Shown piece by piece: positions 55,832 to 64,000 of a DNA stretch of 64,000 bases. This DNA comes from Clostridiales bacterium (GTDB lineage: Bacteria; Bacillota; Peptococcia; DRI-13; UBA5745): NCBI GenBank assembly GCA_009782505.1, contig WRIW01000002.1, positions 57,360 through 121,359 of the forward strand. The letters are read 5' to 3'. Position 1 is the first letter of the stretch. Every line of letters starts with the position of its first letter. Both the position numbers and the translations under genes were made by a program. Under the pieces are notes generated by a model that saw only the letters and a program-made list of their open reading frames with translations, was not told the origin of the DNA and did no database searches.

Positions 55832-57230
55832 GAGAGGTACCGTGGGGATGGCTGCCGCGCAGACACTGGGCAGCGGGCGCATACCGAGGGTGCCATTTAC
55901 GAAAGAGATGAAAGACGAGTATACGATACTGGCGCCCATTATGGCGCCCATACACTTTGCTTTCATCAAGAATATTTTTACGAACGCCGGCTACCGGGTG
56001 GAGCTGCTGGATAACTGCGGCCAAAACGTGGTGGAGGAAGGCCTGAAGTATGTACACAACGATACATGTTATCCCGCCCTGCTGGTCATCGGCCAGATGC
56101 TGGACGCGCTGAGGAGCGGGAAGTACGATTTGAGCAAAACGGCTTTGCTGATGTCCCAGACCGGCGGCGGCTGCCGGGCGTCGAATTATATCTTTTTGCT
56201 GCGCAGGGCACTAAAGAAGGCTGGCTTCGATGAGATACCCGTCATATCCTTTAACCTGTCGGGGCTGGAGAAGAACAGCGGCTTCCGGCTCACCCTGCCC
56301 CTGATCTATCAGATGCTGGCGGGGCTGGTCTATGGCGACGGCCTCATGGCCCTGAGCAACCAGGTGAAGCCCTACGAAAGGGAAAAAGGCGCCGCCGCTT
56401 CGCTGGTGGAAGCCTGGATCGCCCGTATCACCGGGCAGTTCAACCGGAAAAAGGGCTACTCCATGAAAGAGATGGGGGATAACTTCAGCCGGATGGCGGC
56501 GGACTTCGACGCCGTCCCCCGGGATCACGTACCGAAAGTGAAAGTGGGCATCGTCGGCGAGATCTATGTCAAGTACGCCAGCCTGGGCAATAATAATCTC
56601 GAAGATTTCCTGGCGAGCCAGGATTGCGAGGTCATGGTTCCCGGATTGCTTGATTTTATGCTGTATACCCTTGACGGAAAGGTGGAAAACCATAAGCTGT
56701 ACGGCGGCGGCGGCGCCGACGCCAGGATCCGGGCTGCCATCGGGAAGTATATCATGAGAATGCAGGACGTCATGATCAACGCCATAGCCGCTTACCCGGA
56801 TTTTGTCCCCCCGTCCCGTTTTTCCCACACAAAGTCCCTGGCTGAGGGCGTGATCGGCGCCGGCTGCCAGATGGGCGAGGGCTGGCTCCTGACGGCGGAG
56901 ATGGTGGAGTTGGTGGAAAAAGGATACGGCAATATCGTATGCACCCAGCCCTTCGGCTGCCTGCCAAATCATATCTGCGGCAAAGGGATGATACGGAAGA
57001 TCAGGGAAACAGAGCCCAGCGCAAATATCGTGCCCATAGACTACGACCCCAGCGCCACCAGGGTGAATCAGGAAAACAGGATCAAGCTGATGTTGGCTGT
57101 GGCCCGGGAAAATATGGATAAGGGGCAGGGGACGCCAAAGAAACAGAAGCCGGGGGACTCCGTCCCGGGTCGCCTTGACCGCAGCGACCCGCGCCGGAGA
57201 TGGTGGAGCCGGCTGCCTTCCCATGCATAA
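55818..57230 (+). CDS. 2-hydroxyacyl-CoA-dehydratase-like / DUF2229-type partner subunit
   Basis: 470 aa, overlapping the upstream gene by 14 nt. Conserved Cys residues sit in HNDTCYPA and TQPFGCLPNHICGKG. The two ORFs together resemble single ~1400-aa 'CoA-substrate-specific enzyme activase' proteins. Confidence 0.65.
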   Translation: MSRTRRGTVGMAAAQTLGSGRIPRVPFTKEMKDEYTILAPIMAPIHFAFIKNIFTNAGYRVELLDNCGQNVVEEGLKYVHNDTCYPALLVIGQMLDALRSGKYDLSKTALLMSQTGGGCRASNYIFLLRRALKKAGFDEIPVISFNLSGLEKNSGFRLTLPLIYQMLAGLVYGDGLMALSNQVKPYEREKGAAASLVEAWIARITGQFNRKKGYSMKEMGDNFSRMAADFDAVPRDHVPKVKVGIVGEIYVKYASLGNNNLEDFLASQDCEVMVPGLLDFMLYTLDGKVENHKLYGGGGADARIRAAIGKYIMRMQDVMINAIAAYPDFVPPSRFSHTKSLAEGVIGAGCQMGEGWLLTAEMVELVEKGYGNIVCTQPFGCLPNHICGKGMIRKIRETEPSANIVPIDYDPSATRVNQENRIKLMLAVARENMDKGQGTPKKQKPGDSVPGRLDRSDPRRRWWSRLPSHA

Positions 57231-57270
57231 GCCCGTGCGCCGCGCCGCACCCGGCGAAAGGACAAAACTC

Positions 57271-58302
57271 ATGAAACTGCTTATCGCTTCATTGATATTG
57301 ATGCTATCCTTATCCGGCTGCGGCGCCGCCGATCCCGACGCCGGGGCGGAACAGGCTCCGGCAGAGCAGGCGGAGACAGTGATCGGCAAGGGGCACAGGG
57401 AGCCGGTGATACCTCCGCGCCCGATGCCGGCCATCGTACCGGACTTGCCCACCGGCATCCTTGTGATGATCGACAACTATGATCCTGCCAGGCCCCAGTC
57501 GGGGCTGGATAAGGCCGACGTGGTGTATGAGATCATCGCCGAGGGGGGGATCACCCGGTACATGGCGTTGTTCTACACACAAGCGGCAGCGGTGATAGGG
57601 CCGGTGCGAAGCGCGAGGTATTATTTTGTACAGCTGGCGAAGGGCATGGATCTGCCCTATGCCCATGTAGGCGGCGCGGAAGACGCCTTGGCCATGATCG
57701 GAAACCTGAGGATAAAGGATATCAACGAGATAAGCAACGCCCAGAAGTATTTCTGGCAGGATCCATCCCGGAGAAGGCCGCACAGCACATATACGAGTAC
57801 GGACAAGCTGGTGGAGGCGGTTACCAATAAGCAATATGCCTGCAAAGCGCCGGATCTCCCTCCCGTCGCTACCGAATTCGCCGGGCAAGCGCTGCCGGAC
57901 GGGCAGCTCGAGCTGACCTATGTATCCGGGCGGGGCGGGTATCAGGTGCAGTGGATATGGGACGGGGAGCTGGGGGAGGGCGGCCAATACCGGCGGTACA
58001 TCAATAATAAGGCCCAGTCTACGCTGGACGGAGCCCCGATGGCGGCGGATACGATCTATATCATTGCCGCCCAGAGCAAGGCGAGAAATACAGACCCCGT
58101 CACCTCGTCGGTAGATATCGTCGGCAGCGGCGACGCCTTATGCATCGTCGATAATAAAATCATCAAGGGGAGCTGGAAAAAAGAATCCGCGGAAAGGCCC
58201 CTGATCATAAGCGACGCCTCCAACTGGCCCATGACGCGAAAGCAGGGGCAGCTATGGATACAAGTGGTAGATAGTCTGGAGGCTGTGAGCTTTGGCAAAT
58301 GA
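57271..58302 (+). CDS. DUF3048-domain lipoprotein (YerB-like)
   Basis: ATG 57271. Lipobox LSLSGC and the pattern DNYDPARPQSGLDKADVVYEIIAEGGITRYMALF. Confidence 0.75.
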   Translation: MKLLIASLILMLSLSGCGAADPDAGAEQAPAEQAETVIGKGHREPVIPPRPMPAIVPDLPTGILVMIDNYDPARPQSGLDKADVVYEIIAEGGITRYMALFYTQAAAVIGPVRSARYYFVQLAKGMDLPYAHVGGAEDALAMIGNLRIKDINEISNAQKYFWQDPSRRRPHSTYTSTDKLVEAVTNKQYACKAPDLPPVATEFAGQALPDGQLELTYVSGRGGYQVQWIWDGELGEGGQYRRYINNKAQSTLDGAPMAADTIYIIAAQSKARNTDPVTSSVDIVGSGDALCIVDNKIIKGSWKKESAERPLIISDASNWPMTRKQGQLWIQVVDSLEAVSFGK

Positions 58303-58744
58303 TCTTAGCCCGGTGAAGATATATACGGACGGAGCCTGCAAAGGCAACCCCGGGCCGGGGGGATGGGGCGCCGTGCTCCTGTGGCGCGACGAGGAGAGAA
58401 GGCTTCAGGGGGGCGAGGACGATACGACCAACAACCGTATGGAGCTCACCGCCGCCATCATGGCCCTGGAGGCCCTCAAGAGGCCCTGCGCGGTGGAACT
58501 GTACAGCGACAGCGCCTATCTAGTCAACGCTTTTTCCCAAGAATGGATTGTCAAATGGCAAATCAATGGCTGGCGCAACGCAAGGAAGGAGCCGGTGGAG
58601 AACCGGGAGCTCTGGGAGAAGCTTCTGGATTTGAGCCGCGTCCATCAGATATCCTGGCGCAAGGTAAAGGGCCACAGCGACAACGATTATAATAATCTGT
58701 GCGACGCCATGGCGGTGGAGGAAGCAGGGAAGCGCGCCACTTAG
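58292..58744 (+). CDS. rnhA: Ribonuclease HI
   Basis: IYTDGACKGNPGPGGWG, NNRMEL, SDSAYL, KVKGHSD. The ATG overlaps the upstream stop (ATGA). Confidence 0.9.
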   Translation: MANDLSPVKIYTDGACKGNPGPGGWGAVLLWRDEERRLQGGEDDTTNNRMELTAAIMALEALKRPCAVELYSDSAYLVNAFSQEWIVKWQINGWRNARKEPVENRELWEKLLDLSRVHQISWRKVKGHSDNDYNNLCDAMAVEEAGKRAT

Positions 58745-59472
58745 AGGGATTTCTTACGGACGCCTTTTTCAAATACCCGGTGAGCGACGGAGTACATGGA
58801 GTCGTAGATAAGCAGGTCGGCGGCGCTGTAAGTCTTTAACGCCTGCCCGACGTAGTAAACGTCCGTGATCGATTCCTGGCCGGACGCCGTGTCCAGCTGA
58901 CGCGGGTGCTTTTTCACAGAAAGGCTGCCAAAGGCGTGGAGGCGGATCAGCTGAGAGAGGAAGGTATCCTCATGATAGTACACCATCATGGGGCGGTTCG
59001 CGAAATCCAGCTGCTTGAACCCCGAGTAGCCGCCGGACCAGAAGTTGAGAAAAAGAAGCCCGTCAGGCTTTAGCGCGGCGGCGGCGTTTCTGATCAACTC
59101 CGCCAGCTCGGCGGGCTTCAGATGGTAAGCGACAGAAGCGACGATTATGGCGTCAAAGGCGTTCTCCGGGTATGACGCCGTCCGTATATCCAGGCAGTGG
59201 AAGTCTCCTTTGGGCGCCCTTTTTCTTGCATGGCGGATCATGACTCTGCTGAGATCCAAGCCGGTGACCCTTATGTGGGGATAGCTGTTCATCACCAGTT
59301 CGGCGTTCATGCCGGGGCCGCAGCCCAGGTCAAGCACCCTGGCGCCGGGCTTAAGGAACCGAAGAAAACGGGAAAGCGCTTTTGATTGGATGTTGTTTTT
59401 CCCTCCGACGGGGCTTTTCAGATAAGCCTGAATGTTTTGATCATAGATTTGCCTGGCCTGATTACAATGCAT
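58741..59472 (-). CDS. Class I SAM-dependent methyltransferase
   Basis: SAM motif I VLDLGCGPG. SD is AAAGGGGGAAG. Confidence 0.75.
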   Translation of the reverse strand: MHCNQARQIYDQNIQAYLKSPVGGKNNIQSKALSRFLRFLKPGARVLDLGCGPGMNAELVMNSYPHIRVTGLDLSRVMIRHARKRAPKGDFHCLDIRTASYPENAFDAIIVASVAYHLKPAELAELIRNAAAALKPDGLLFLNFWSGGYSGFKQLDFANRPMMVYYHEDTFLSQLIRLHAFGSLSVKKHPRQLDTASGQESITDVYYVGQALKTYSAADLLIYDSMYSVAHRVFEKGVRKKSL

Positions 59473-59554
59473 GATCGCTTCCCCCTTTCATCAGCGTGAC
59501 GGACGGTCCGGGTATAGAAAAGCAATACAAATCACAGGATAATGAGGTGCAGGT

Positions 59555-60418
59555 ATGGATGAACTATTTGACGTCATAATCATCGGCGGCGGGCCGGCGG
59601 GATTGTCGGCCGCGATCAACAGCGCCATGCGCGGATGCAGCGTGCTGGTTCTGGATTCAGGGGCGTCCAGGCTTACCCGCGCGGAAAAAATAGACAACTA
59701 TCTGGGCATGCCGGGCGTGACAGGCCTTGAGATGATGAATCGCTTTACCAGACATGCCCGCAGACTTGGCGTATTCATCGAGAAAGGTAAAGCGACGAAT
59801 ATACTCCCTATGGGGGATCAGTTCCTGATAAGCGTGGGCGTACATGTCCTGTACGCGAAAGCCGTGGTGCTGGCGGTAGGCGCCATGAGGACAGGGGCCA
59901 TCGAAGGGGAGGAGAGGCTTCTGGGCCGGGGCGTAAGCTATTGCGCCACCTGCGACGGTATGTTGTACAAGGGGAAGAAAGCCATCGTCTACGGTATATC
60001 GGCAGACGCGCCGGATGAGGCGAACTATATGTCGGATATAGGCGTATCGGTGGTCTATGTCAACCCGGGCCCGCGGCCGGAGGGGCTTAAGCCGGACATC
60101 GTCTGCTACAGCGGCGAGATATCCGCCATACGGGGCGGAGAGACGGTACAAAGCATAGAGTTTGCCGGAGGTATACTGCCGGTGTTGGAGACCGACGGGG
60201 TGTTTCTGCTGCGGGACGCCATAGCCCCGCATACCCTGGTCAACGGGCTGGGCATAGAGGAAGGATATATCCATATAGAAGGCGACAAAAAGACCAATGT
60301 CCCCGGGATATTTGCCTGCGGCGACTGTACCGGCCCCCCTCTGCAAATATCGAAAGCCGCGGCGGAAGGGCTCTTTGCCGGGCAGGCAGCCGCCCGGTAT
60401 GTGGACAGCATAAAGTAG
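59555..60418 (+). CDS. Thioredoxin-reductase-like flavoprotein lacking canonical NADPH-binding motifs
   Basis: FAD motif IIIGGGPAG and redox CATCDG are present. The position of GGGNSA reads YGISADA, and no HRRxxxR motif is visible. Confidence 0.7.
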   Translation: MDELFDVIIIGGGPAGLSAAINSAMRGCSVLVLDSGASRLTRAEKIDNYLGMPGVTGLEMMNRFTRHARRLGVFIEKGKATNILPMGDQFLISVGVHVLYAKAVVLAVGAMRTGAIEGEERLLGRGVSYCATCDGMLYKGKKAIVYGISADAPDEANYMSDIGVSVVYVNPGPRPEGLKPDIVCYSGEISAIRGGETVQSIEFAGGILPVLETDGVFLLRDAIAPHTLVNGLGIEEGYIHIEGDKKTNVPGIFACGDCTGPPLQISKAAAEGLFAGQAAARYVDSIK

Positions 60419-60522
60419 ACAGGATCCGAAACGCCACGGCGGGAAAGCAGGGATTACTGGCGGGTTTATAGCACACTTCTTTGTGTATGATCAAGACAGA
60501 TCATATGCGAGGGGGCGTCTGT

Positions 60523-60678
60523 ATGAAGTATAAGCTGAGCTACGTCCACGGGCACGTCGAGGTATTCGACGAGACGGGGAGGTTCATGTTTTCCGCGGAC
60601 AATCACCGGGAAGCCATGGAAGAGATCGAAAAGCGCCAGGCTGCGTTTATGCTCAAAGAAAGAGACCCGGCCGCCTGA
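60523..60678 (+). CDS. Small hypothetical protein (51 aa)
   Basis: ATG 60523 lies 7 nt after GAGGGGG. I recognise no family. Confidence 0.35.
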   Translation: MKYKLSYVHGHVEVFDETGRFMFSADNHREAMEEIEKRQAAFMLKERDPAA

Positions 60679-60886
60679 CGCGGAATGTAGCCGCCTGGTA
60701 TATCTCTTGGAGCCGTACCAGGAACTATTCTTATTATAATATATAGTATAATAAAAGTCAAAAATGTCGGTGCGTGCATATAGCGGGCGATACAAGGAAC
60801 CACATACAGCGCGATGAGAGAAGGGCGCGACCAAAGCAGCGCAGACTACTGGTTAAGCCGCGCCGCTTTTGGGCTGCGGGCGCGGC

Positions 60887-61831
60887 TTACTTCAGGTAGT
60901 GGTCAAAATACGCCGCGATGACGTCGCTATTCTCTTTGGTATTAAAACCGTAGTCCGCGTGATTCCGATCCTCATATAGGACCAGCTTCACCTTGCTTTC
61001 CCCGCAGATACCGGCGATCTTCTCCGCGAGAAGAGTCGAATGCTGGTAGGCGACGACCCCGTCTTTCACGCCCTGGAGAATCAATGTGGGCGGGATATTT
61101 TTATGCACATAGCTGATCGGGCTGATCAATCCCAGCAGGCTTGCGGCGGTCGTGCCAAATACGGCGCCGAAAAACGCCGGCTCGCCGGGTTTCTCCCTGG
61201 ATAAGCGGGGGACGCCGGACTCCCGAAAGAGCTCGTCTCCGGATGCATCTAACATGGAGGGACCGTACATATCGCAGATCGCTTCCAACTCGTCGGAGAA
61301 TCCGGGCCAGCCGTACTTCTCACCGGCGTACTCGGGCCGGTTGGCGGTGAAGCCCATCATCAGGGTGATGTGCCCTCCCGCCGAGTCTCCCGCCATCCCG
61401 AAGCGGGAGGGGTCGAAGTTGTACGCGTGGGCATGGGCGCGGGCCCAGCGGACTGCGGTCTTCACGTCGAATATAAATTCGGGGAACACCGCTTTCGGCG
61501 CCAGGCGGTAGTCCACCGATATCACGGCGTAGCCGTGGTCAATCAGGCCGATGATACCGCCCAGGAACCCTTCCGTCTTCGACCCCATGGTCCATCCGCC
61601 GCCGTGCACATAGAAGACCACGGGCAAGGGCCCTTCGGAGGCCTCCGGCATATAGACGTCCAGCAGCTGCTCCGGCAGCGACCCGTACTGTATATTTAGC
61701 GATTTGTTTTTGATCGCGGCGTGGTCGAAGGGGGAAGGCACGGCCATCTTTTGGAAGGCCCGGATCTCGTTCTCGGTCATATAGTAGCATCCGTCCTCCG
61801 CGACGGGGCGGTCCTTAATCGGTTTGGACAT
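60887..61831 (-). CDS. Alpha/beta hydrolase (esterase/lipase, HSL-like)
   Basis: ATG 61831 after GAGAGGAG. Oxyanion motif HGGGW and nucleophile elbow GDSAGG. Confidence 0.8.
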   Translation of the reverse strand: MSKPIKDRPVAEDGCYYMTENEIRAFQKMAVPSPFDHAAIKNKSLNIQYGSLPEQLLDVYMPEASEGPLPVVFYVHGGGWTMGSKTEGFLGGIIGLIDHGYAVISVDYRLAPKAVFPEFIFDVKTAVRWARAHAHAYNFDPSRFGMAGDSAGGHITLMMGFTANRPEYAGEKYGWPGFSDELEAICDMYGPSMLDASGDELFRESGVPRLSREKPGEPAFFGAVFGTTAASLLGLISPISYVHKNIPPTLILQGVKDGVVAYQHSTLLAEKIAGICGESKVKLVLYEDRNHADYGFNTKENSDVIAAYFDHYLK

Positions 61832-61862
61832 GGCAATCAGCTCCTCTCTGCTTCCTGTCAAC

Positions 61863-62222
61863 TCATACGATCCTCGCGCCGAATGGCATGAGGGCGAGTT
61901 TCGCCATCTTGAAGCATTGCAATCCAAATGGGATCCCAATAATGGTACAACACAGTATCAAGCCGTTTGCCGCGGCGCATATCGCCAAGGGGACGCCGCC
62001 GAAGACGATCCAGAAGATGTTAGCGATAAGCGACGGCGCACCGCCGCCGTACTGCACTTCCTTTCCGAATGGGGCAAACGCAAGGGAGGCGAACTTGAAG
62101 CATTGCCGTCCGATGGGTATCCCGACAATCGTGACGCACCACAGCAGCCCTACGAGGCACCATGCTAAGGCTTGCCATATCCCGCCACAGAGGATCCATA
62201 CAATATTACCCAAGCAGCCCAT
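61863..62222 (-). CDS. yccF: YccF-domain inner membrane protein
   Basis: 119 aa with the duplicated pattern TIVGIPIGRQCFKFA / TIIGIPFGLQCFKMA. Confidence 0.8.
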   Translation of the reverse strand: MGCLGNIVWILCGGIWQALAWCLVGLLWCVTIVGIPIGRQCFKFASLAFAPFGKEVQYGGGAPSLIANIFWIVFGGVPLAICAAANGLILCCTIIGIPFGLQCFKMAKLALMPFGARIV

Positions 62223-62395
62223 CTATTGCCCCCCTGTCCCTTTTTTTATCAGTATACCATTGACCACTATTACGTACAATAAACATCGTTGCGAACGTTT
62301 GTTTATTATTGATTTTGTATCTTGCTTATTTACTTTGGCGCATTGCCAAGCGTATCAGCCGTATCAGACTTTTTACAATTACCTGAAAATTCCCA

Positions 62396-62447
62396 TTGAC
62401 TTCATAGACTACACATGTTAGACTGGTCATAGTCTATTGATTGTAGT
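62396..62447 (+). promoter_or_regulatory. blaI/blaR1-type promoter with overlapping TACA/TGTA-type dyads (candidate BlaI operators)
   Basis: TTGACT (62396-62401), 17 nt, TAGACT (62419-62424). Inverted pairs ATAGACTA (62404-62411)/TAGTCTAT (62430-62437) and ACTACA (62408-62413)/TGTAGT (62442-62447). Central ACATGT. Confidence 0.5.
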
Positions 62448-62461
62448 TTGGAGGAATCCCT

Positions 62462-62830
62462 ATGGCTAAAGGCTTGCAACTAACCGCAGCGGAGGAAAAA
62501 CTCGCGGCGTTGATATGGCGCGGCGCGCCGCTGACCTCGCCGGAATTGGTCGCTATTGCGGAGCGGGAGCTGGATTGGAAAAAATCCACTACCTACACCA
62601 TTTTGAAAAGGCTGTGTGACAAAGGCGTTTTCAAGAACGAAAACGCGAATGTGTCAGTTTTGCTTACTCTCGACGAGTTGAGGGCGTGTCAGAGCCGCCA
62701 TTTCGTAGAGGATACATTTGGCGGGTCGCTGCCGAAGTTCATCACTTCTTTTGCCGGGGGCAAAAAACTGACAGCGGAACAAGTGGCGGAGTTAAAACGT
62801 CTTATCGAAGAACACGCGGAGGATGATTAA
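62462..62830 (+). CDS. blaI: BlaI/MecI/CopY family transcriptional repressor
   Basis: 122 aa winged helix (WKKSTTYTILKRLCDKGV). Confidence 0.85.
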   Translation: MAKGLQLTAAEEKLAALIWRGAPLTSPELVAIAERELDWKKSTTYTILKRLCDKGVFKNENANVSVLLTLDELRACQSRHFVEDTFGGSLPKFITSFAGGKKLTAEQVAELKRLIEEHAEDD

Positions 62831-62884
62831 CGTGACATATCCTAAGTTCGCTACAGAAATGGAAAGCGGATACGTTTGGAGGTC

Positions 62885-64000
62885 ATGATGGAAAAACTGT
62901 TTCTCATTGTTTTGAACATGAGCATCACCGGGGCGTTCGTCATCGCGGCGATTTGCCTTGCCCGTCTGCCGCTGAAAAAAGCCCCGAAGATAATATCTTA
63001 CGCGCTGTGGGCGGTGGCGGGATTCCGGCTTGTGTTCCCGTTTTCCATAGAGAGCGTGTTCAGCTTGCTCCCGTTTAAAGCGCAGCCAATACCGCCGGAC
63101 ATCGCCATGCAACCGATACCACGCATTGATAGCGGCATACCGTTTGTGAATAACGCGGTCAGTAGTGTTTTGCCTGCCGCCGCGCCCATTGACAGCGTTA
63201 ATCCGCTTCAAGTCTGGACGTTCATCGGTTCATGGATCTGGATTATCGGCATCGCCTTTATGCTCATATATGGCGTTGCGTCGTTTATTATCCTAAAACG
63301 AAAAATGCGGAGCTCCGCCCATGTCGAGGCAAATATCTATGAAGCTGCCTGTATCCAGTCGCCGTTCGTGCTTGGCGTATTCGCTCCAAAAATCTATCTG
63401 CCTGTCGGTCTGTCCGAGCATGAGCGCGGATATATTCTTTTGCATGAGCAGACGCACGTCCGGCGCTGTGACCATATCGTAAAATTCGCGGCGTATTTTG
63501 TGCTGTGCCTGCATTGGTTCAATCCGCTTGCGTGGGTAGCATTTATGCTGATGGGCGTTGACATGGAGATGTCATGCGATGAGCGAGTGCTAAAAGAAAT
63601 GGGCAGCAATACGAAAAAGGATTATTCGCTGTCGCTGTTGTCCTTATCGACTGAACGTAGAATGATCGGCGGCAGCCCGCTTGCGTTCGGCGAAGGTGGA
63701 GTGAAGGAGCGGGTGAAGCGGGTATTGCATTTCAAAAAGCCGTCGCGGGTGGTTGTCGTCGCGGCGATAGTTTTGGTTGCTGTGTTGAGCACGGGATTTG
63801 CTGTGAACAGGGCTGTTAGCGAACCGCTCATCGAAATGAAGATGATTTATGAAGAAAATCCGGCGTTCTTTTCGCGGGATATGAAACTGCTTTGGGGCGA
63901 TACCGTCTATCATTTTGTCCATATTGCGAACGGAAAACCCGGTAAAAAAATCGGATATGCTACCGACGAATACGACGGTTGGCATATTTTCGAGCTTAAA
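62885..64000 (+). CDS. blaR1: BlaR1/MecR1-type M56 peptidase signal transducer (3' end cut by window edge)
   Basis: Not in the ORF track because it has no stop within the window. Own translation from ATG 62885: MMEKLFLIVLNMSITGAFVIAAICLARLPLKKAPKIISYALWAVAGFRLVFPF..., later LLHEQTHVRRCDH (HExxH) and NPLAWVAF. It is open through 64000. Confidence 0.8.
   Translation, partial: MMEKLFLIVLNMSITGAFVIAAICLARLPLKKAPKIISYALWAVAGFRLVFPFSIESVFSLLPFKAQPIPPDIAMQPIPRIDSGIPFVNNAVSSVLPAAAPIDSVNPLQVWTFIGSWIWIIGIAFMLIYGVASFIILKRKMRSSAHVEANIYEAACIQSPFVLGVFAPKIYLPVGLSEHERGYILLHEQTHVRRCDHIVKFAAYFVLCLHWFNPLAWVAFMLMGVDMEMSCDERVLKEMGSNTKKDYSLSLLSLSTERRMIGGSPLAFGEGGVKERVKRVLHFKKPSRVVVVAAIVLVAVLSTGFAVNRAVSEPLIEMKMIYEENPAFFSRDMKLLWGDTVYHFVHIANGKPGKKIGYATDEYDGWHIFELK

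Noticed and set aside
60700-60890. AT-rich TATAAT-containing stretch followed by the hairpin AAGCCGCGCCGC..GCGGGCGCGGCTT, considered as a small RNA gene.
   Set aside because: There is no convincing -35 and no U-tract after the hairpin on either strand. The hairpin overlaps the esterase stop and may simply be its 3' structure.

Overview
High-GC Firmicutes/Clostridia-type chromosomal window; the taxon is inferred only from gene content and synteny. The backbone is the origin-proximal housekeeping block known from Bacillus and Clostridium: dnaX, ybaB, recR, yaaO-like decarboxylase, darA, holB, ricT, yabA, rsmI, abrB, metG, tatD, rnmV, rsmA. Also present are greA-lysS, a cell-envelope cluster (DUF5693-like, csaB, murJ, tagO-like, SH3 protein, cls), a TetR-controlled RND efflux operon, and a tungstate/molybdate module (candidate Moco riboswitch, tupABC, two moeA paralogs). 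An EtfBA plus FAD-dependent lactate-dehydrogenase-like cluster and a split double-activase/dehydratase-like pair are also encoded. Three visibly AT-richer accessory patches interrupt this backbone. (i) 1-6750 holds small-molecule-modifying genes (GNAT, APH/kinase fusion, NUDIX, HAD) mixed with several gene remnants and a leaderless PD-(D/E)xK nuclease-like gene. (ii) 33300-37560 is inserted between dnaX and ybaB. (iii) 60400-64000 ends in a blaI/blaR1-like sensor pair cut by the window edge. I saw no rRNA, tRNA, CRISPR array, transposase or integrase. The most interesting unexplained signals are non-coding. They are a ~105-nt element present twice and ending exactly on the start codons of moeA and tatD, a ~290-bp imperfect palindrome, a perfect 33-bp inverted repeat between convergent genes, and a promoter/mini-ORF/terminator leader upstream of an island-borne rsgA. 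Many long ORFs in the supplied track are antisense or out-of-frame artefacts of high GC and were rejected.
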